Shown: positions 28,497 to 37,821 of the stretch, one piece after another
Layout: each line of letters starts with the position of its first letter
Position numbering within the stretch: the first letter of the stretch is position 1
Assembly: GCA_965203575.1 (NCBI GenBank)
Contig: OZ241894.1
Location: forward strand, 2,028,048-2,092,047
Direction: 5' to 3'
DNA length: 64,000 bases
Source of the DNA: Candidatus Aldehydirespirator sp.
GTDB lineage: Bacteria > Actinomycetota > Acidimicrobiia > Acidimicrobiales > Aldehydirespiratoraceae
Translations under genes and position numbers: made by a program
Notes under the pieces: model-generated
What the model saw: only the letters and a program-made list of their open reading frames with translations
The model's database searches: none
Told to the model about the DNA's origin: nothing

Positions 28497-29603
28497 CTAG
28501 CGGCAGTATTGGCTCAGGTCGCCCATCAGCCGGGTGTTCGAGTCCTGGGCCGCGGGGACCAGTGCCTCGGGGAACCGCAACGACTCGCCGCCGCTCAGTC
28601 GCTTGAGCCCCTCCGCCCACAATTGATCCCAGTAGACGGGGTCCTTCACGTCGTCTCGGTCGACGCGGTCTCGGCGTACAGGGATGGCGACCAGACGCGA
28701 GTTCAGGTTCGGAATCGTGGCCAGCTTGTCGAGCCCATTCGATGCGCCGACCATCAGCACCGCCCGCCGCCGGTAGTCGAGCCTGCGCCGCCCGCCGCGC
28801 TGAGCCGCCGAGTACCTAAGCGCGCTGCGGTCGAGCATGTGGCGAGGCCTGTCGTGCACGCGGGCGAGGCTGTCGGTCGCGCCGCGGAGAACCTCGCGAG
28901 GCTGGCCCAGAAGGTCATCGACCACGGCGAAGACGCAACCCTGCGTGCCCCTCATCCTCTCCCTCGTATCCAAGCTGTCGCCGCCGAGACTGCCCGCCCA
29001 CAGCCCGTTCACCCATTCCTGAGCGAAGGGCTCGGGCGGCAGAAGCGCAGCGGCCAAACTGCGGTACGAAGCCCAGCGGGACCCGACCAGCAGAGGCAGG
29101 CGGGACCGGTCCCCCTCACCGACCGCCGAGTAGTCGCCGCCCCGGCCCTGGAGTTGCCGCGCAATGGCGCCCATCACATAGTGGCGCCCCGCCCAGCTGG
29201 CCAACTCAGGGTCGCAGCCCGAGTCCACGTCGAGCACCTGGTCCAGCATCAGGTCCAGGCGAGGCTGGCCGTCCCACTCGGGAAGGGTCGCCAGCCACTC
29301 CCGGAAGGGATTCACCACGCTAACGCTCAGCAATCGGCGCAGGGTCATCCTCCACTGCCACGCCGTGCAGTCCGCCACAACCTGCTTGCGCACATGCCCG
29401 AGCAGCACGTTTCGGGGGTACTTGGTGATCTTCTCCCACAGCGGAGATAGCGGATCGTGCCGGGTCGGGCCCTCGGCCCACTCGCCGTCCCCGGTCATCT
29501 CGTTGAGCCGCACCGACACATCGGCCTGCTCTAGAAGTCTTCTCAATGTCTTACGGCCAAGCAATACTCTCATAAAGCATCTTCCTGCTATTCCATAAAC
29601 CAT
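28497..29603 (-). CDS. VapE/VirE-family protein with a degenerate P-loop
   Basis: NPFREWLATLPEWDGQPRLDLML is the VirE N-region pattern L..L.WDG..R.D. LPLLVGSRWASYRS sits where G.GKS is expected. VLMVGASNGLDKLATIPNLNSRLVAIPV matches GTtN..fL.D.tGnRRF.pv. Confidence 0.55.
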   Translation of the reverse strand: MVYGIAGRCFMRVLLGRKTLRRLLEQADVSVRLNEMTGDGEWAEGPTRHDPLSPLWEKITKYPRNVLLGHVRKQVVADCTAWQWRMTLRRLLSVSVVNPFREWLATLPEWDGQPRLDLMLDQVLDVDSGCDPELASWAGRHYVMGAIARQLQGRGGDYSAVGEGDRSRLPLLVGSRWASYRSLAAALLPPEPFAQEWVNGLWAGSLGGDSLDTRERMRGTQGCVFAVVDDLLGQPREVLRGATDSLARVHDRPRHMLDRSALRYSAAQRGGRRRLDYRRRAVLMVGASNGLDKLATIPNLNSRLVAIPVRRDRVDRDDVKDPVYWDQLWAEGLKRLSGGESLRFPEALVPAAQDSNTRLMGDLSQYCR

Positions 29604-29697
29604 GAATAAGGAGGTACAAATATCATAACATCATGAATTAGTCTAGGAGAAGCAGCCCGTCAGCGAGATCGTGCGTGATCTGGCGGGCTGATCGGCG

Positions 29698-30597
29698 CTA
29701 GGCGCGGCGGCCGGCTACCGGGCTCAGCGAGGTGACCGCCACGCCGGCGATCACCAGGCAGATCCCGATGATCAGGGCCACCGTCACCGGCTCGGACAGC
29801 ACCGTCATCGCCAGCGTCGCCGCCACCGCCGGCTCCAGCAGGCCCACCACCACCGCCACGCTCAGAGTGAGACGCTTCAGGCCGGCGCCCCACAGCGAAT
29901 GGGCCAGCATCACCGTCACCAGACCCAGGTACAGCACCGTCGAGGTGGAGGCGACCGAGTCGAACGTGGTGTCCACCGAAGTCACCCAGACCGGCAGCAT
30001 CAGCACCGCGCCGCCGGTCAGCACCGTGGCCATGGCGGTCACCAGCGGCCGGTCCCGCATGAGCTGCTGGGCCGCGAACCCCTGGCACGGGATGCCGCAC
30101 CCGGCCAGCACCGCCAGGGCGACCCCGCTCCACACCACCTCGGCCGCGCCGCCCGACAGCAGGGCCACCCCCGCCACCGCCAGCAGCATCCCCGCCAGCC
30201 AGTGCCGGTCCGGGCGATGCCGGTACGCCATCCAGTCGATCAGCCCCGCCGCCAGCGGGCCGATGCCGATGGCGACCAGGGTCCCGACGGCCACCCCGGT
30301 GCGGGCCATCGCCTCGAAGAACAGCAGCTGGCTGACCGCCACCCCCGCCGCCCCGAGCACCACCCAGCGGACCGGCAGCCGGTAGCGCCACGGCGCCTGG
30401 CCGCGCAGTGTCGTCAGCACCAGCAGCCCGGTCGCACCGATCGCGCCCCGCCATGCCCCGGTAGCGACCGGGTTCATCGAGTCGGGCCCGAGCTCGGCCG
30501 CGGTCCCGATCGTCCCGATCAGCGACGTGGCCAGCGCGGTCACCCCGACCCCCAGCATCGTCGTGCGCCGCGTCCGTCCCGGATCATCCCCGGTCAA
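29698..30597 (-). CDS. EamA/DMT-family transporter
   Basis: About 10 predicted hydrophobic helices; two-repeat DMT-like architecture. Confidence 0.7.
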   Translation of the reverse strand: MTGDDPGRTRRTTMLGVGVTALATSLIGTIGTAAELGPDSMNPVATGAWRGAIGATGLLVLTTLRGQAPWRYRLPVRWVVLGAAGVAVSQLLFFEAMARTGVAVGTLVAIGIGPLAAGLIDWMAYRHRPDRHWLAGMLLAVAGVALLSGGAAEVVWSGVALAVLAGCGIPCQGFAAQQLMRDRPLVTAMATVLTGGAVLMLPVWVTSVDTTFDSVASTSTVLYLGLVTVMLAHSLWGAGLKRLTLSVAVVVGLLEPAVAATLAMTVLSEPVTVALIIGICLVIAGVAVTSLSPVAGRRA

Positions 30598-30649
30598 CGC
30601 GCACCTCGAGACAACTCGTTCGCAACGAGTTCAGATCGTATTGCGTCGC

Positions 30650-30760
30650 CTAGCCGGAATCGCGGTCGTCGTCCCCGTGAGAGGCATCTGCCGGAAGCGG
30701 GGCCAACCCCAAGTGTCCCTCTATGCGGCCCAGCCTCTCAATGAAAATCATCAAGGATCC
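30650..30760 (-). pseudogene. C-terminal remnant of a RIEGHL-family small protein
   Basis: ...ERLGRIEGHLGLAPLPADASHGDDDRDSG* versus DRLARIEGHLGIGLYPQKPAASDESDSDAA* of 33444..33884. Confidence 0.5.
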
Positions 30761-30804
30761 GGCGCGAGTCTCCCCGGCGCCTCTTCGTACTCCTGGTTGG
30801 CCAG

Positions 30805-32109
30805 ATGGCCGGTCCTGGTACGTTGACGCCCGATATGAGCCCCGATATGAGTGCATCCTCGAAGCTCACGCCGATGACCGAGCGGCTCGTCCGGCCCGAC
30901 TGGGTGCGGCGCATCAACCTCATGGCCGGATCCGTCGGCGGCCATCCCCGCGACCTCGTGCCCATCGACGCCGGCGACCTCCTCGACACCGCCACCGCCG
31001 GCCTCGGCGGCCTGCCCGGCGGCGACCTCGGCGACCCCATCTGGCAGGAGCGCTTCGAAGCCCTCGCCGCCGCCATCGACGCCGCGCCCATGCACCTCGT
31101 CGGCCGGCTCATCACCAAACAGGAGCTGCTGCGCTCGCTGCGGGCCCGCCTCCTGCTCACCGCGGCCATCGACGCCGCCCCCGAGATCACCCGCCAGCCC
31201 GTGACCGCGCCGGTGATCGTCACCGGCCCGGCCCGCTCCGGCACCACCATCCTCTTCGAGCTGCTCGCCCTCGACCCCGGTCTGCGGCCCCCCACCGCCG
31301 CCGAGGCCCTCCACCCCGTGCCCCTGCCCGAAGCCGCAGGCAATCCCGACCTGCCCGAGCCGCTCGTGCTCAGCGAATGCGAGCAGGAGTTCTGGGCCGA
31401 CGTCCAACCCGAGTTCCAGGCCCTCCACGAGCTGCGCTCCGACCTGCCCGTCGAGTGCGTCACCATCACCCAGGGCAGCTTCTGCGGCTTCCACTGGAGC
31501 ATGATCGCCTCGCTCGACTCCTGGCTGCCCGACCCGGCCGTCAACTACGCCTACGAGCGGCAGTTCCTCCAGGCCCTCCAGCACGGCGCCGGCCCCACCC
31601 AGTGGGTGCTCAAGACCCCCGGCCACCTCATGCTGCTGCCGCTGCTGTACGCCGAGTTCGGCGACGCATGGGTGGTGCAGACCCACCGTGACCCGGCCAA
31701 GACCATGCCGTCCACCGTGAGCACCACCGCCATGATCCAGTGGCTCCGCACCGACCACGTCGACGTCGACGGGATGGCCGAGGTCATCCTGTCCGTCTTC
31801 GCCGCCGGCCTCAACGGCTCGATCGACGTGCGGGCCTCGGGCACGGTGCCCGCCGACCGGTTCGTGGACGTGCACTTCGCCCAGCTGATGAGCGACCCGG
31901 TGGCCACCCTGCGAGCCGCCTACGCCCGGATGGGCCGCGACTTCACCGACGACCACGCCACCGCCGTGCTCGACTACCTGGCCCACAAGCCCAAGGGCAA
32001 GTTCGGCGTGCACCGCTACCAGCCCGAGGACTGGGGCTTCACCGCCGAGTCGCTGCGTTCCGCCCTCGCCCCCTACATCGACCACTACGGGGTAGCCAAT
32101 GAGTCCTGA
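30805..32109 (+). CDS. Sulfotransferase family protein
   Basis: PAPS-binding-loop-like VIVTGPARSGTTILFELL. The start is uncertain (several in-frame ATGs between 30805 and 30880). Confidence 0.7.
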   Translation: MAGPGTLTPDMSPDMSASSKLTPMTERLVRPDWVRRINLMAGSVGGHPRDLVPIDAGDLLDTATAGLGGLPGGDLGDPIWQERFEALAAAIDAAPMHLVGRLITKQELLRSLRARLLLTAAIDAAPEITRQPVTAPVIVTGPARSGTTILFELLALDPGLRPPTAAEALHPVPLPEAAGNPDLPEPLVLSECEQEFWADVQPEFQALHELRSDLPVECVTITQGSFCGFHWSMIASLDSWLPDPAVNYAYERQFLQALQHGAGPTQWVLKTPGHLMLLPLLYAEFGDAWVVQTHRDPAKTMPSTVSTTAMIQWLRTDHVDVDGMAEVILSVFAAGLNGSIDVRASGTVPADRFVDVHFAQLMSDPVATLRAAYARMGRDFTDDHATAVLDYLAHKPKGKFGVHRYQPEDWGFTAESLRSALAPYIDHYGVANES

Positions 32110-32123
32110 CACCCCCCTGCACG

Positions 32124-32208
32124 GCGGACCCCGGCTTTCTTGGTGCGATTTCTGCGTACCTAGTACCGAAAACCGACCCGAGATCGAAAACCGACCCGAG
32201 ATTCCCGG
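32124..32208 (-). repeat. Copy E4 of the dispersed intergenic repeat family (reverse orientation, internal 18-bp duplication)
   Basis: The reverse complement, atctcgggtcggttttcg(x2)gtactaggtacgcagaaatcgcaccaagaaagccggggtccgcc, aligns with 51642, 51711 and 58722. Confidence 0.6.
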
Positions 32209-32217
32209 AGGAAACGG

Positions 32218-33372
32218 GTGACCAACGACGCTGCCCAGTCCAACGACACGGCATCCCGCCGGGCGCTGCACGAGCTGATCGACCTCCTCGGCGACGTCGA
32301 CCGCCGCTGGGCGTCGCCCGAGTGGAACCTCCACTCCGACGACGACGTCGTCGGCGCCCACCGGGCCCTCATGCACATGCTGCAATGGGGCCTCGTCGGG
32401 CTGTTCGAGCGCGACCCGGCCGCCCCCCGGTTCCATCGCATCGTCGACCCCGACCGCAAGGTCCTGGGCGACAACCCCGACGCCGTCTACTTCGACGCCC
32501 CCGTGTCGGCTGGCCACGTCTACCGGGTGACCGGCGAGACCAAGGGCGCGGCCTACGTGTCGATCACCGTCGAAGCCGGCGAGGCCTGGGGGTCGATGAG
32601 CAACCAGACCGTCGGGGTGCTCAACGACGAGTCGTTCGACGTCGACGCCGACGGCCGCTTCGAGATCCAGCTCGGCGGCGAGCCCCGCCCCCGCAACTGG
32701 CTGGCCCTGCCCGAGCGCTCCGGCTCGATCAGCACCCGCCACTACTTCGAGAACCCCACCTACGCCGCCGCCGACCCGGCCCGGGTCCCCGTCATGCGCA
32801 TCCAGGTGATCGACGGCGACGGCAACCCGGTGACCACGCCGCCGCCCCGCCCGTCCGACGACTCCGTGGCCGCCGGCATCCGCCGGGTCGCCGGCCTGGT
32901 GCGGGAGCTCACCGTCGACCGCCCGCCCATGGCCAGCGACCAGACCCGCACATGGGTCTCACGGGTGCCGAACGTGTTCCCCCCGCCGGACCGCCCCGGC
33001 GACCTGGGCCTGGCCGCCTTCGACGCCGCCTACGCCATGGCCCCGTTCCTGATCGGCCCCGACGAGGCGCTGGTCATCCGGGCCCGCTGGCCCCGGTGCC
33101 GCTACGGCAACGTCTGCCTGTGGAACCGCCACCTGCAGACCTTCGACTACGCCACCCGGCCGATCTCGCTCAACCGGGCCCAGACCGTCGCCGACGCCGA
33201 CGGCCGCTTCACCGCGGTCATCGCCCACACCGACCCCGGCGTCCCCAACTGGCTCGACACCGAGGGCCGGCCCTTCGGCATCGTCTACTGGCGCTTCATG
33301 CTCCCCGAAGGCGACATCGAGACCGCCCAAGCCGAAGTAGTCCCCTTCGCCGAGATCGCATCCCTACTCTGA
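32218..33372 (+). CDS. DUF1214-like protein
   Basis: GGAGGA RBS plus GTG start. GDNPDAVYFDAPVSAGHVYRVTGETKGAAYVSITV fits the DUF1214 pattern as I remember it. Confidence 0.45.
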   Translation: MTNDAAQSNDTASRRALHELIDLLGDVDRRWASPEWNLHSDDDVVGAHRALMHMLQWGLVGLFERDPAAPRFHRIVDPDRKVLGDNPDAVYFDAPVSAGHVYRVTGETKGAAYVSITVEAGEAWGSMSNQTVGVLNDESFDVDADGRFEIQLGGEPRPRNWLALPERSGSISTRHYFENPTYAAADPARVPVMRIQVIDGDGNPVTTPPPRPSDDSVAAGIRRVAGLVRELTVDRPPMASDQTRTWVSRVPNVFPPPDRPGDLGLAAFDAAYAMAPFLIGPDEALVIRARWPRCRYGNVCLWNRHLQTFDYATRPISLNRAQTVADADGRFTAVIAHTDPGVPNWLDTEGRPFGIVYWRFMLPEGDIETAQAEVVPFAEIASLL

Positions 33373-33443
33373 ATCTCCAATTCTCGCATACTTTCATGTA
33401 ATTGAAAGTTGCTCCGTTCGCGAGTCTGAGCTAGGGTCGGAGC

Positions 33444-33884
33444 ATGGACCCGACGACCGCGACCACAGTGCTGCTGGTCCTCGGGTCCGCGTTCGGCGTG
33501 ATGTTCGCCACGATGACCACGCTCCTGTTCGTGTCGATACGGGTCCAGCACCGCGAGAGCCGGCAAACTCGTGACTACGTCGCCCTGCAGATCGAGAAGG
33601 CTGTCGGTGACGCGATGGGGACGCTACGGGCGGAATTCAACGAGCGTCTGGACTCCCGCTTCGGCGAACTCATGCGGGTGATCGAGCACAACCATCAGGT
33701 CTACGAGCTTCAACACAAGGCCACCCAGAAGCGACTCGACCGGCTCGAGGCCGGCTTCGCCGACCTCAGTGATCGGCTGGGCGGCATCAGCGATCGGCTG
33801 GCCCGTATCGAGGGCCACCTCGGGATCGGCCTCTATCCGCAGAAGCCCGCAGCGTCTGACGAGAGCGACAGCGACGCCGCCTAG
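33444..33884 (+). CDS. Small single-TM coiled-coil protein with a RLARIEGHL motif
   Basis: TM segment VLLVLGSAFGVMFATMTTLLFV, a long coiled coil, then DRLARIEGHLGIG. TTGCTC-17-TAGGGT lies 6 nt before the ATG, so the mRNA may be leaderless. Confidence 0.65.
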   Translation: MDPTTATTVLLVLGSAFGVMFATMTTLLFVSIRVQHRESRQTRDYVALQIEKAVGDAMGTLRAEFNERLDSRFGELMRVIEHNHQVYELQHKATQKRLDRLEAGFADLSDRLGGISDRLARIEGHLGIGLYPQKPAASDESDSDAA

Positions 33885-33946
33885 CCCCGGCCTGCGGGCC
33901 ATCGAGGTAGTACGTTCGGGCTGAGCCGAGACCCTCGGGAGGATGG

Positions 33947-35638
33947 ATGGGGGACAGCGCGCACGACGACGGCTACTACGACCTCGGGTCATACACCTGG
34001 CCGGCCACGACCAGGGATCCGCAGGCCCAGACCTGGTTCGACCGGGGGATGGCGTGGTGCTACGGCTTCAACCACGACGAGGCCATCGCCTGCTTCGAGC
34101 AGGCCCTCGACTGCGACCCCGACCTCGCCATGGCCCACTGGGGCATCGCCTACGCCATAGGCCCCAACTACAACAAGCCCTGGGAGGACTTCGACGAGGA
34201 CGACCTGAGCCAGTCGCTCGACCTGGCCCGGGCCTCCTGCGCCGCGGCCGCCCGTCTGGCCGCCGGGGCGACCCCGGTCGAGCAGGCCCTGATCGGCGCC
34301 CTGGCCGAGCGCTACCCGGCCGGCCCCGACGAACCCTCCGGGTCCGACGAGTTCTGCTCCTGGAACGACGCCTACGCCGACGCCATGCGGGCCGTCCACC
34401 AGGATCATCCCGACGACCTCGACGTGTGCGCCCTGTTCGCCGAGGCCGTCATGAACCGCACCCCCTGGGCGCTGTGGGACCTGGTCACCGGCGAACCGGC
34501 CGACGGCGCCGGCACAGTCGAGGCCACCGGGGTTCTCGAAGCCGCCTTCCGGGACCTCGATCACAGGGGCGCCAACCGGCATCCCGGCCTGCTGCACATG
34601 TACATCCACCTCATGGAGATGTCGCCCCACCCCGAGCGGGCCCTCAAGGCCGGCGACACGCTGGTCGATCTGCTCCCCGACGCCGGGCACCTGGTCCACA
34701 TGCCCACCCACATCGACGTCCTCTGCGGCCACTACCAGAACGTGGTGGCCCGCAACCACGCCGCCGTCGTGTCCGACCGCAGCTACCTGGAGCGCGAGGG
34801 CCCGGCGAACTTCTACACCCTGTACCGCTGCCACAACTACCACTTCAAGGCGTACGGGGCGATGTTCCTGGGCCAGTACGGGCCGGCCGCCGAGGCGGCC
34901 GAGGAGATGGTCGCCACCCTGCCCGCCGGGCTTCTCGGCCCCGACGACACGCCGCTGGCCGACTGGCTGGAGGGCTTCGTGCCCGTCAAGCAGCACGTGC
35001 TGATCCGCTTCGGGAAGTGGCAGGAGATCCTCGACCAGCCGTTCCCCGACGACGCCGACCTCTACTGCGTCACCACCGCCATGATGCACTACGCCCGGGC
35101 GGTGGCCTACGCCTCCACCGAGCGGGTCGCCGAGGCCGAGCAGGAGGCCGCGGCGTTCGCGGCCGCCCGGGACCGGGTGCCCGAGAGCCGGATGCTGTTC
35201 AACAACACCTGCCTCGACATCCTGGCCGTGGCCGAGGCCATGATGACCGGCGAGGTCGAGTACCGGAAGGGCAACTTCGACGCCGCGTTCGAGCACCTCG
35301 GCCGGGCCGTGGAGCTCGACGACAACCTGCCCTACGACGAGCCGTGGGGCTGGATGCAGCCCACCCGCCACGCCCTGGGCGCGCTGCTGATGGAGCAGGG
35401 CCACCTGGACGAGGCCGAGGCCGCCTACCGGGCCGACCTGGGGTTGGACGGCCAGCTGCGCCGGGCCTGCTGGCATCCCGACAACGTGTGGAGCCTGCAC
35501 GGGCTGCACGAGTGCCTGACCCGCCGGGGCGAGACCGTCGAGGCCAACCACATCAAGCAGCGCCTCGACGTGGCCCAGGCCCGGGCCGACGTCCCGATCG
35601 AGTCGTCCTGCTACTGCCGCCTAAACCGCGCCGCCTGA
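33947..35638 (+). CDS. TPR-like repeat protein (conserved actinobacterial family)
   Basis: WFDRGMAWCYGFNHDEAIACFEQALDCDPDLAMAHWGIAYAIGPNYN; GGGAGGA RBS. Confidence 0.6.
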   Translation: MGDSAHDDGYYDLGSYTWPATTRDPQAQTWFDRGMAWCYGFNHDEAIACFEQALDCDPDLAMAHWGIAYAIGPNYNKPWEDFDEDDLSQSLDLARASCAAAARLAAGATPVEQALIGALAERYPAGPDEPSGSDEFCSWNDAYADAMRAVHQDHPDDLDVCALFAEAVMNRTPWALWDLVTGEPADGAGTVEATGVLEAAFRDLDHRGANRHPGLLHMYIHLMEMSPHPERALKAGDTLVDLLPDAGHLVHMPTHIDVLCGHYQNVVARNHAAVVSDRSYLEREGPANFYTLYRCHNYHFKAYGAMFLGQYGPAAEAAEEMVATLPAGLLGPDDTPLADWLEGFVPVKQHVLIRFGKWQEILDQPFPDDADLYCVTTAMMHYARAVAYASTERVAEAEQEAAAFAAARDRVPESRMLFNNTCLDILAVAEAMMTGEVEYRKGNFDAAFEHLGRAVELDDNLPYDEPWGWMQPTRHALGALLMEQGHLDEAEAAYRADLGLDGQLRRACWHPDNVWSLHGLHECLTRRGETVEANHIKQRLDVAQARADVPIESSCYCRLNRAA

Positions 35639-35642
35639 ACAT

Positions 35643-37214
35643 GTGAATTCCCGAGTATCTGCTCTTCTCGTCGCGGTCGCGCTGGTTGCAACCGCCTGCG
35701 CAGGCGGCGGTGACCTGGACACGACTGAGTTCATCGGCGACGAGGCGCCCGCCGGCACGTCCGAGGCCGAGGTTCCCGAGGCTCCAGAGGCTGCTACTCC
35801 AGAAGGCACAGCGCCCGAGACGGCAACGCCGGAGGCCGCGGTAGAAGACGCCGACACCGCTGCGGACGAGCCCGCCGCCGACCCGGCTCCGCTGGACCCA
35901 CGCGAGCGGGGCGCCCTGCGGAACTTCCTGGGGTACGAGTTCCCTCCCGCCCCCGACGTCCCGACCGGGCCGATCGACCAGCTCACCGTCGACATCCTCG
36001 AGGTCATCTGGGCCGGCCTGGAGTTGGGCGGGTTCGACGGCGGCCTCGTCGCCAGCCTCGCCGACTCGGGAGACGCCAGGCTGGCCTGGATCATGTCCGA
36101 CCTGCTCCGGTTCTTCTACTTCGGCGACATCCACGACGGGGCCGTCTCCGGCTTCCAGCGCCTGACCGGGGCGAGGCTGAACGACGACCCCGTGGCCGAG
36201 CGCAGCTCGTGGCAGTCGGTCACCGACCACCTGATCGCCTGGGACCTCCCCGCCTTCGACCGCTACGCCGACTACAAGGCGCGCCTGTTCACGCTGGTCG
36301 ACCCCCGCTGGCAGCCGTTCTTCGACGACCCCGACGCCGACATCGACTGGCGTCTGGTGAGCTGGGGCGGGGTGCGGATCGACGACCGGGCGCTCGGCGA
36401 CCCGAGAGGCTGCCCCGCGGGCTGCATCCCGGCCCTGGACGACCCCGCCGTCACCGACGCGGCCGGCGGCTCGTGGTACGGCGACGACGGCGTCGTGTTC
36501 GCGGTGGTGATCAACGGCGAGGCCCGGGCCTACCCCCGCCACATCATGGAGATCCACGAGATGGTGAACGACACGCTCGGCGGGCGCCGGATCGGCATGC
36601 CGTACTGCACGCTGTGCGGCTCGGCCCAGGCCTACTTCACCGACGACGTGCCCGCCGGCGTGGAGACCCCCGTGCTGCGCACGTCGGGCCTGCTGGCGAG
36701 GTCCAACAAGGTGATGTACGACCTGGTCACCAAGTCGGTGTTCGACACGTTCACCGGGGAGGCGCTCTCGGGGCCGCTGCGCGAGCGGGGGGTGGTCCTC
36801 AACCAGGCCACCGTGGTTACCACCACCTGGGGCGAGTGGAAGGCGGCCCACCCCGACACCACCATCATCGCCGAGGACGGCGGCATCGGCCGCAGCTACC
36901 CGCTCGACCCGCTGCGGGGCCGCGACGACGACGGACCCATCTTCCCGATCGGCGACATGGACGCCACCCTCGGCGTCCACGACCAGGTCTTCGGCGTGGT
37001 GCTGGACGACGGCACACCCGTGGCCTTCCCGGTCGACACGGCCGCGGCCGCCCTCCGAGCCGGCCAGGACGTCGAGCTCGCCGGGGTGACGCTCCGCCTC
37101 GACGGCGGCGGGGTGCGGGCCGTCGACCCGGCCGGCGACGAGATCGAGGGCCATCAGGCGTTCTGGTTCGCCTGGAGCCAGTTCATGCCCGACACCCTCC
37201 TCTGGCAGCCCTAG
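35643..37214 (+). CDS. DUF3179-domain lipoprotein
   Basis: Signal plus lipobox-like ALLVAVALVATAC. INGEARAYPRHIMEIHEMVNDTLGGRRIGMPYCTLCGS and RTSGLLARSNKVMYD are typical DUF3179 blocks. Confidence 0.75.
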   Translation: MNSRVSALLVAVALVATACAGGGDLDTTEFIGDEAPAGTSEAEVPEAPEAATPEGTAPETATPEAAVEDADTAADEPAADPAPLDPRERGALRNFLGYEFPPAPDVPTGPIDQLTVDILEVIWAGLELGGFDGGLVASLADSGDARLAWIMSDLLRFFYFGDIHDGAVSGFQRLTGARLNDDPVAERSSWQSVTDHLIAWDLPAFDRYADYKARLFTLVDPRWQPFFDDPDADIDWRLVSWGGVRIDDRALGDPRGCPAGCIPALDDPAVTDAAGGSWYGDDGVVFAVVINGEARAYPRHIMEIHEMVNDTLGGRRIGMPYCTLCGSAQAYFTDDVPAGVETPVLRTSGLLARSNKVMYDLVTKSVFDTFTGEALSGPLRERGVVLNQATVVTTTWGEWKAAHPDTTIIAEDGGIGRSYPLDPLRGRDDDGPIFPIGDMDATLGVHDQVFGVVLDDGTPVAFPVDTAAAALRAGQDVELAGVTLRLDGGGVRAVDPAGDEIEGHQAFWFAWSQFMPDTLLWQP

Positions 37215-37322
37215 AGGCCGAACGGGCAGGCGAGCGAACCCGGCTGCCCCGGCAGCCCGGGCCGCTCTAGGTATTGTCCAACCAGAACCCAGAACATGGC
37301 CTCAAGGCGAGAGGAGGTTCCA

Positions 37323-37814
37323 GTGAGGAAGGTGACCGAGACCGACCTGCCCGGGGTGGGGATCCGTTTCGACCTGCAGACAGACGCCGGCCGCTGCGTC
37401 GGCGTGGTGGCCCACCAGACCGGCCGGCGCGACCTCGTGGTCTACGACGAGCGGGACATCGATCGGGCCTGCGAGAGCGTCCAGCTGACCGAGGACGAGG
37501 GCCACACCCTGGGCGAGCTGCTGGGCGGCAGCCCCGTGCTGGAGCACCTCGACGACGCCGTGCACCGGCTGGAGGACCTGGTGATCTCGTGGGTCCAGAT
37601 CGCGGCCGAGTCGTCGATCGCCGGGCGCACCCTGGCCGAGGCGGTCCTGAGAACCCGGACGGGGGCCGGAGTGGTCGCCCTCGTCAGCGAATCGGGCTCC
37701 ATCCCCATCCCGGCCGGGACCGAGCGCCTCAACGCGGGCGACACCGCGGTGGTGGTGGGCGTCCCGTCGGCGGTCAAGGCGGCCACCAGGCTGCTCAGGC
37801 GCCCTGCCGATTAG
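37323..37814 (+). CDS. Cation:proton antiporter regulatory subunit (KhtT-like, TrkA-C domain)
   Basis: GAGGAGG RBS plus GTG. VRKVTETDLPGVGIRFDL parallels the B. subtilis KhtT N-terminus. C-terminal TrkA-C-like IAGRTLAEAVLRTRTGAGVVAL. Confidence 0.7.
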   Translation: MRKVTETDLPGVGIRFDLQTDAGRCVGVVAHQTGRRDLVVYDERDIDRACESVQLTEDEGHTLGELLGGSPVLEHLDDAVHRLEDLVISWVQIAAESSIAGRTLAEAVLRTRTGAGVVALVSESGSIPIPAGTERLNAGDTAVVVGVPSAVKAATRLLRRPAD

Positions 37815-37821
37815 ATCGATT

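Larger units (their letters stand above)
26440..29660. mobile_element. Probable remnant of an integrated phage/plasmid-like element (HNH/DUF222 plus VapE-like), bounded by AT-rich patches
   Basis: AT-rich edges at about 26455-26500 and about 29575-29650. Both genes belong to families typical of mobile DNA. No integrase or att sites were identified. Confidence 0.3.
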
